Source: Ylistrum balloti (Eukaryota). Taken from it: a DNA stretch of 64,000 nucleotides. Below the pieces are notes generated by a model. It was not told where the DNA came from. It did no database searches and worked only from the letters and a program-made list of their open reading frames with translations. Within the stretch, counting starts at the first letter, position 1; each line of letters begins with the position of its first letter. Of the stretch, positions 60,987 through 64,000 are shown in pieces. Position numbers and translations under genes: made by a program. Where the stretch lies: contig NW_026782932.1 in assembly GCF_031769215.1 (NCBI RefSeq), positions 62,001-126,000 of the forward strand, read 5' to 3'.

Positions 60987-62969
60987 CTGAAATTGATCAA
61001 TATCTTTCAAATATATGTAAAAAAAAAAAAATTAAGATGCCTTTCTCAATCTTCATTCAAGAATTTTGAATCACTTTAAAGACCACACAAGCGTATAGAT
61101 ATTCACAGAGGTATGTCCCTAAGTCATTGTGAACTTCCATACAGAATAAGTTTATTGTAAGGCCATTAATGTTTAACCATTAATAAAGATTAACCTTGTT
61201 TGTAAATAGCTCTGTTAATTCCCTGAACAACATTGTCACGCTTACTGATTACACAATCCTAGGTTTATCTGTTCACTATTCCCCAGAAATAACACCTATC
61301 ATGTTAAATACATAGTTCACTTCATTAGAATATGTAATAGCAATTTGATTAAGAAGATGCACACTTGTAGATCTGTATAACTGTATATCACTTAGAACTG
61401 CTTGTTTCATGGCTTCTTTTTAGTTATTTAGATTACCAGGTAATTTCATAAACATTAAATTTAATCAAATGCAAAATGATGATTTTTTTACAAGTGTGTA
61501 ATGCAGTTAGGATATGGGGCAATACAATATCATACATGTTAAAGGGAGACCCTTAGACACTTTATGTGCAGAGATAAATGCATGTATTTCTCATTAACAC
61601 AAAAATGACAAAGCTGGTTTCCAAGCCATAAACAGGAAATCAGACATGTTGTCATCTTAATTGGTTGAAATAGTATTTTTTTTCAACAGGATTTGGCAAC
61701 ATGTGCTTCAAACTAAGGTTTGTAAAGAAACATTTTATCCAATTAATGGGTCGGTCATTCTCATTCTGTGCTGTGTTCCAGCAACCACCTGATTACATAT
61801 GCAGGTTTTTGCTTTGTTTTTTTAACCACATTTAACTTCCACACACAACACCATAAAGTACTTGCTGATAGAATGTGCTGTAATCTGAATAAAGTAGCTG
61901 TATAACATTACATCTTTACTTTTTCCTCAGGTTAAATAAGTGAAAGAATACATACATTTGATTTTAAAAATGGTTAATGTGGAGGTAACATTATGTGATA
62001 AAAAATATTAGTAAACAACAAAGATATGGGTCTATGGGTAAATGTTAGTAAAATGTTAGTAAAACAGTTCAGTCAAAAGGCAAAAGAAAACTTTAAAAAT
62101 TAGTCAAATTTTCACAAACATTTTAAAAGTCCCTGAAAATATACATCAAACTCACAATTTTTGCACATGAAAACAAATGTAAATAATTTTGACGGAGAGA
62201 AGATGTGATCATAAGTCAGAATATATCCTACACAAAGTTTATCATACTAAACCACAGTTGGCATTTAGGTCAACCATTGGATTTTTGTGGAGAGCTGATT
62301 ATCAATCCCATTATTTTCATATACTCTGAAATTGAGGATTTATGTTGTGACATATAAGATAAGGCGTTCCGACCAGCCAGGGATGGCTTGTTATGCAATA
62401 CATCTTACAGTGTTCAACAGGGATGTCAGAAGGATATGTTAGGAAATGAAAATTTGCAGAAATGGATGAGGAAGTAAATGAATATAGAGGGAGTCTAATA
62501 TGACCTAACAAGGTCTAGTTTTACTATAAAGTAGGGAAGTAACTTCTATAAAGAGTATTTAAGTGCTGATCATATCTTCTACAAGATACTACTGTTCATT
62601 TCATTCAATTTTTCAATGGAAAGCAATATAAAAGAGACTGCTAGCCCATCCACATATCACTTCAATGTACTAAGTGTTTGTCACTGTGAGCAAAACCTTC
62701 TTCTGCAGCTTAGATTTTGGTTATGTGTCAGTCTCAATGAGTGAAGTGAATTTTTCAACATACATTTATATACATATGGACATTTTGTGTATGAATTATA
62801 CAGTTCATGGTGTATCAGTACAGGGTCATCAATGATTCATTGACTAACCTTGATTTGATCTTTAGTCACAGAGTTACATGTAGGCTGGGTCCAGAACAAA
62901 TGAAATGTGGATAGGCTGATGAGCTTAGCTTTTTAACAGGAACTAAACAGAGCTATATAAGCATCTTAC

Positions 62970-63002
62970 CTCTCCTGCAAAACCACCTTCACTTTTAACT
63001 AC
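62970..63002 (-). CDS. Candidate 33-nt exon of the same gene (VVKSEGGFAGE)
   Basis: ttaagcag / GAG|GTAAGA boundaries; in frame, phase 0. No homology support. Confidence 0.4.
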
Positions 63003-63594
63003 CTGCTTAATGGTGAGAGGATATAACATATGGAGACCAGCAATGATATTGAAGATCTACATACCTACAGGTTTATTGTCAATAGGATTTTAGTTTTTAA
63101 TGTTCACAAAAAATGGAGAAAAGTTGTCAGATCACATACATTCATTTGGATAAAAAATAAATCTGGAAGTTGAATATTTAGAGTTTTTATTGTAAATCAG
63201 TTCTAGAATATCAATTCCGTACCAGTCTATTTCTCAATGTAGGCCTTTTTCAATGTTTTTCAATGGTAAAATAACTTGCCATTACCTTACGGTCATTCGC
63301 GAGGATTTCATGTAAATTACAGGAATCAGATACACTTTCTGAACTTCATGGAATTACATATCCAATGGAAGGAGATGGTTGCAGTTGTTTGAAGCCTGTC
63401 CACCACTGATTATTTACATCTATGGTTTTAGTGTGTTAACTATGATTATTTTAAACACTTCCATCCAGTATGATCATTATCATTTAAAGTGCCAATCTGT
63501 CCCATCTACATCTAGTGCTCACCAGCAAACAACAACATCAGGGTTGTAAGATTTCATTTCACAGAACCATATACTTTTTTTTTTTTAGTACTGT

Positions 63595-64000
63595 AATGGT
63601 TGGTATTTAATAAAACCATATACTGTAAATGTTGGTATTTCACAGAACAATATACTGTAATGGTTGGTATTTAATAGAACCATTCACTGTAAAGGCTTGA
63701 ATTTTACAGAACTTGTATACACTTAAAAGGTTGGTATTTTATAGAACCATACACTGTAAAGGCTAGAATTTTACAGAACCATACACTTAAAAGGTTGGTA
63801 TTTCACAGAAATATACACTGTTAAGTTTGGTATTTAATAGAACCATTCACTGTAAAGGCTAGAATTTTATAGAACCATACACTAAAATGGTTGGTATTTC
63901 ATAGAACCATACACTAAAATGGTTGGTATTTCATAGAACCATACACTAAAATGGTTGGTATTTCATAGAACCATACACTAAAATGGTTGGTATTTCATAG
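63595..64000. repeat. ~32-bp minisatellite, truncated by the window end
   Basis: Unit aatggttggtatttcatagaaccatacactaa has period 32 distally; proximal units are more diverged. Confidence 0.9.

Noticed and set aside
62425-62445. Minus-strand ATATCCTT as an AT-AC U12 donor
   Set aside because: No convincing exon upstream and no matching AC acceptor with branch point was found; likely chance.

Overview
AT-rich eukaryotic genomic DNA from an invertebrate. The repeat types suggest a bivalve mollusc, but that is inference. No prokaryotic features are present. Left to right: (1) four tandem TPMT-like SAM-dependent methyltransferase genes with single-exon CDSs (2.2-14.2 kb). Copies 1-3 share a near-identical central tract and diverge right after the WDRG motif. 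(2) A two-exon PWWP2 ortholog on + (763 aa). (3) A five-exon TTC1 ortholog on - (393 aa), convergent with PWWP2 as in human. (4) A seven-exon GATD3/ES1 ortholog on + (265 aa), head-to-head with TTC1, whose last intron is U12-type. (5) The 3' exons of an unidentified gene on -. About a quarter of the window is tandem-repeat arrays, alongside dispersed non-autonomous TE copies and decayed Penelope-like remnants. The most unusual observation is that two ~2-3 kb minisatellites are built from amplified exon-intron junctions: about 54 copies of a GATD3 splice acceptor plus exon start, and about 42 copies of a splice donor plus exon end of the neighbouring gene. All gene models were built by hand from splice signals and remembered homology; no database searches were run.
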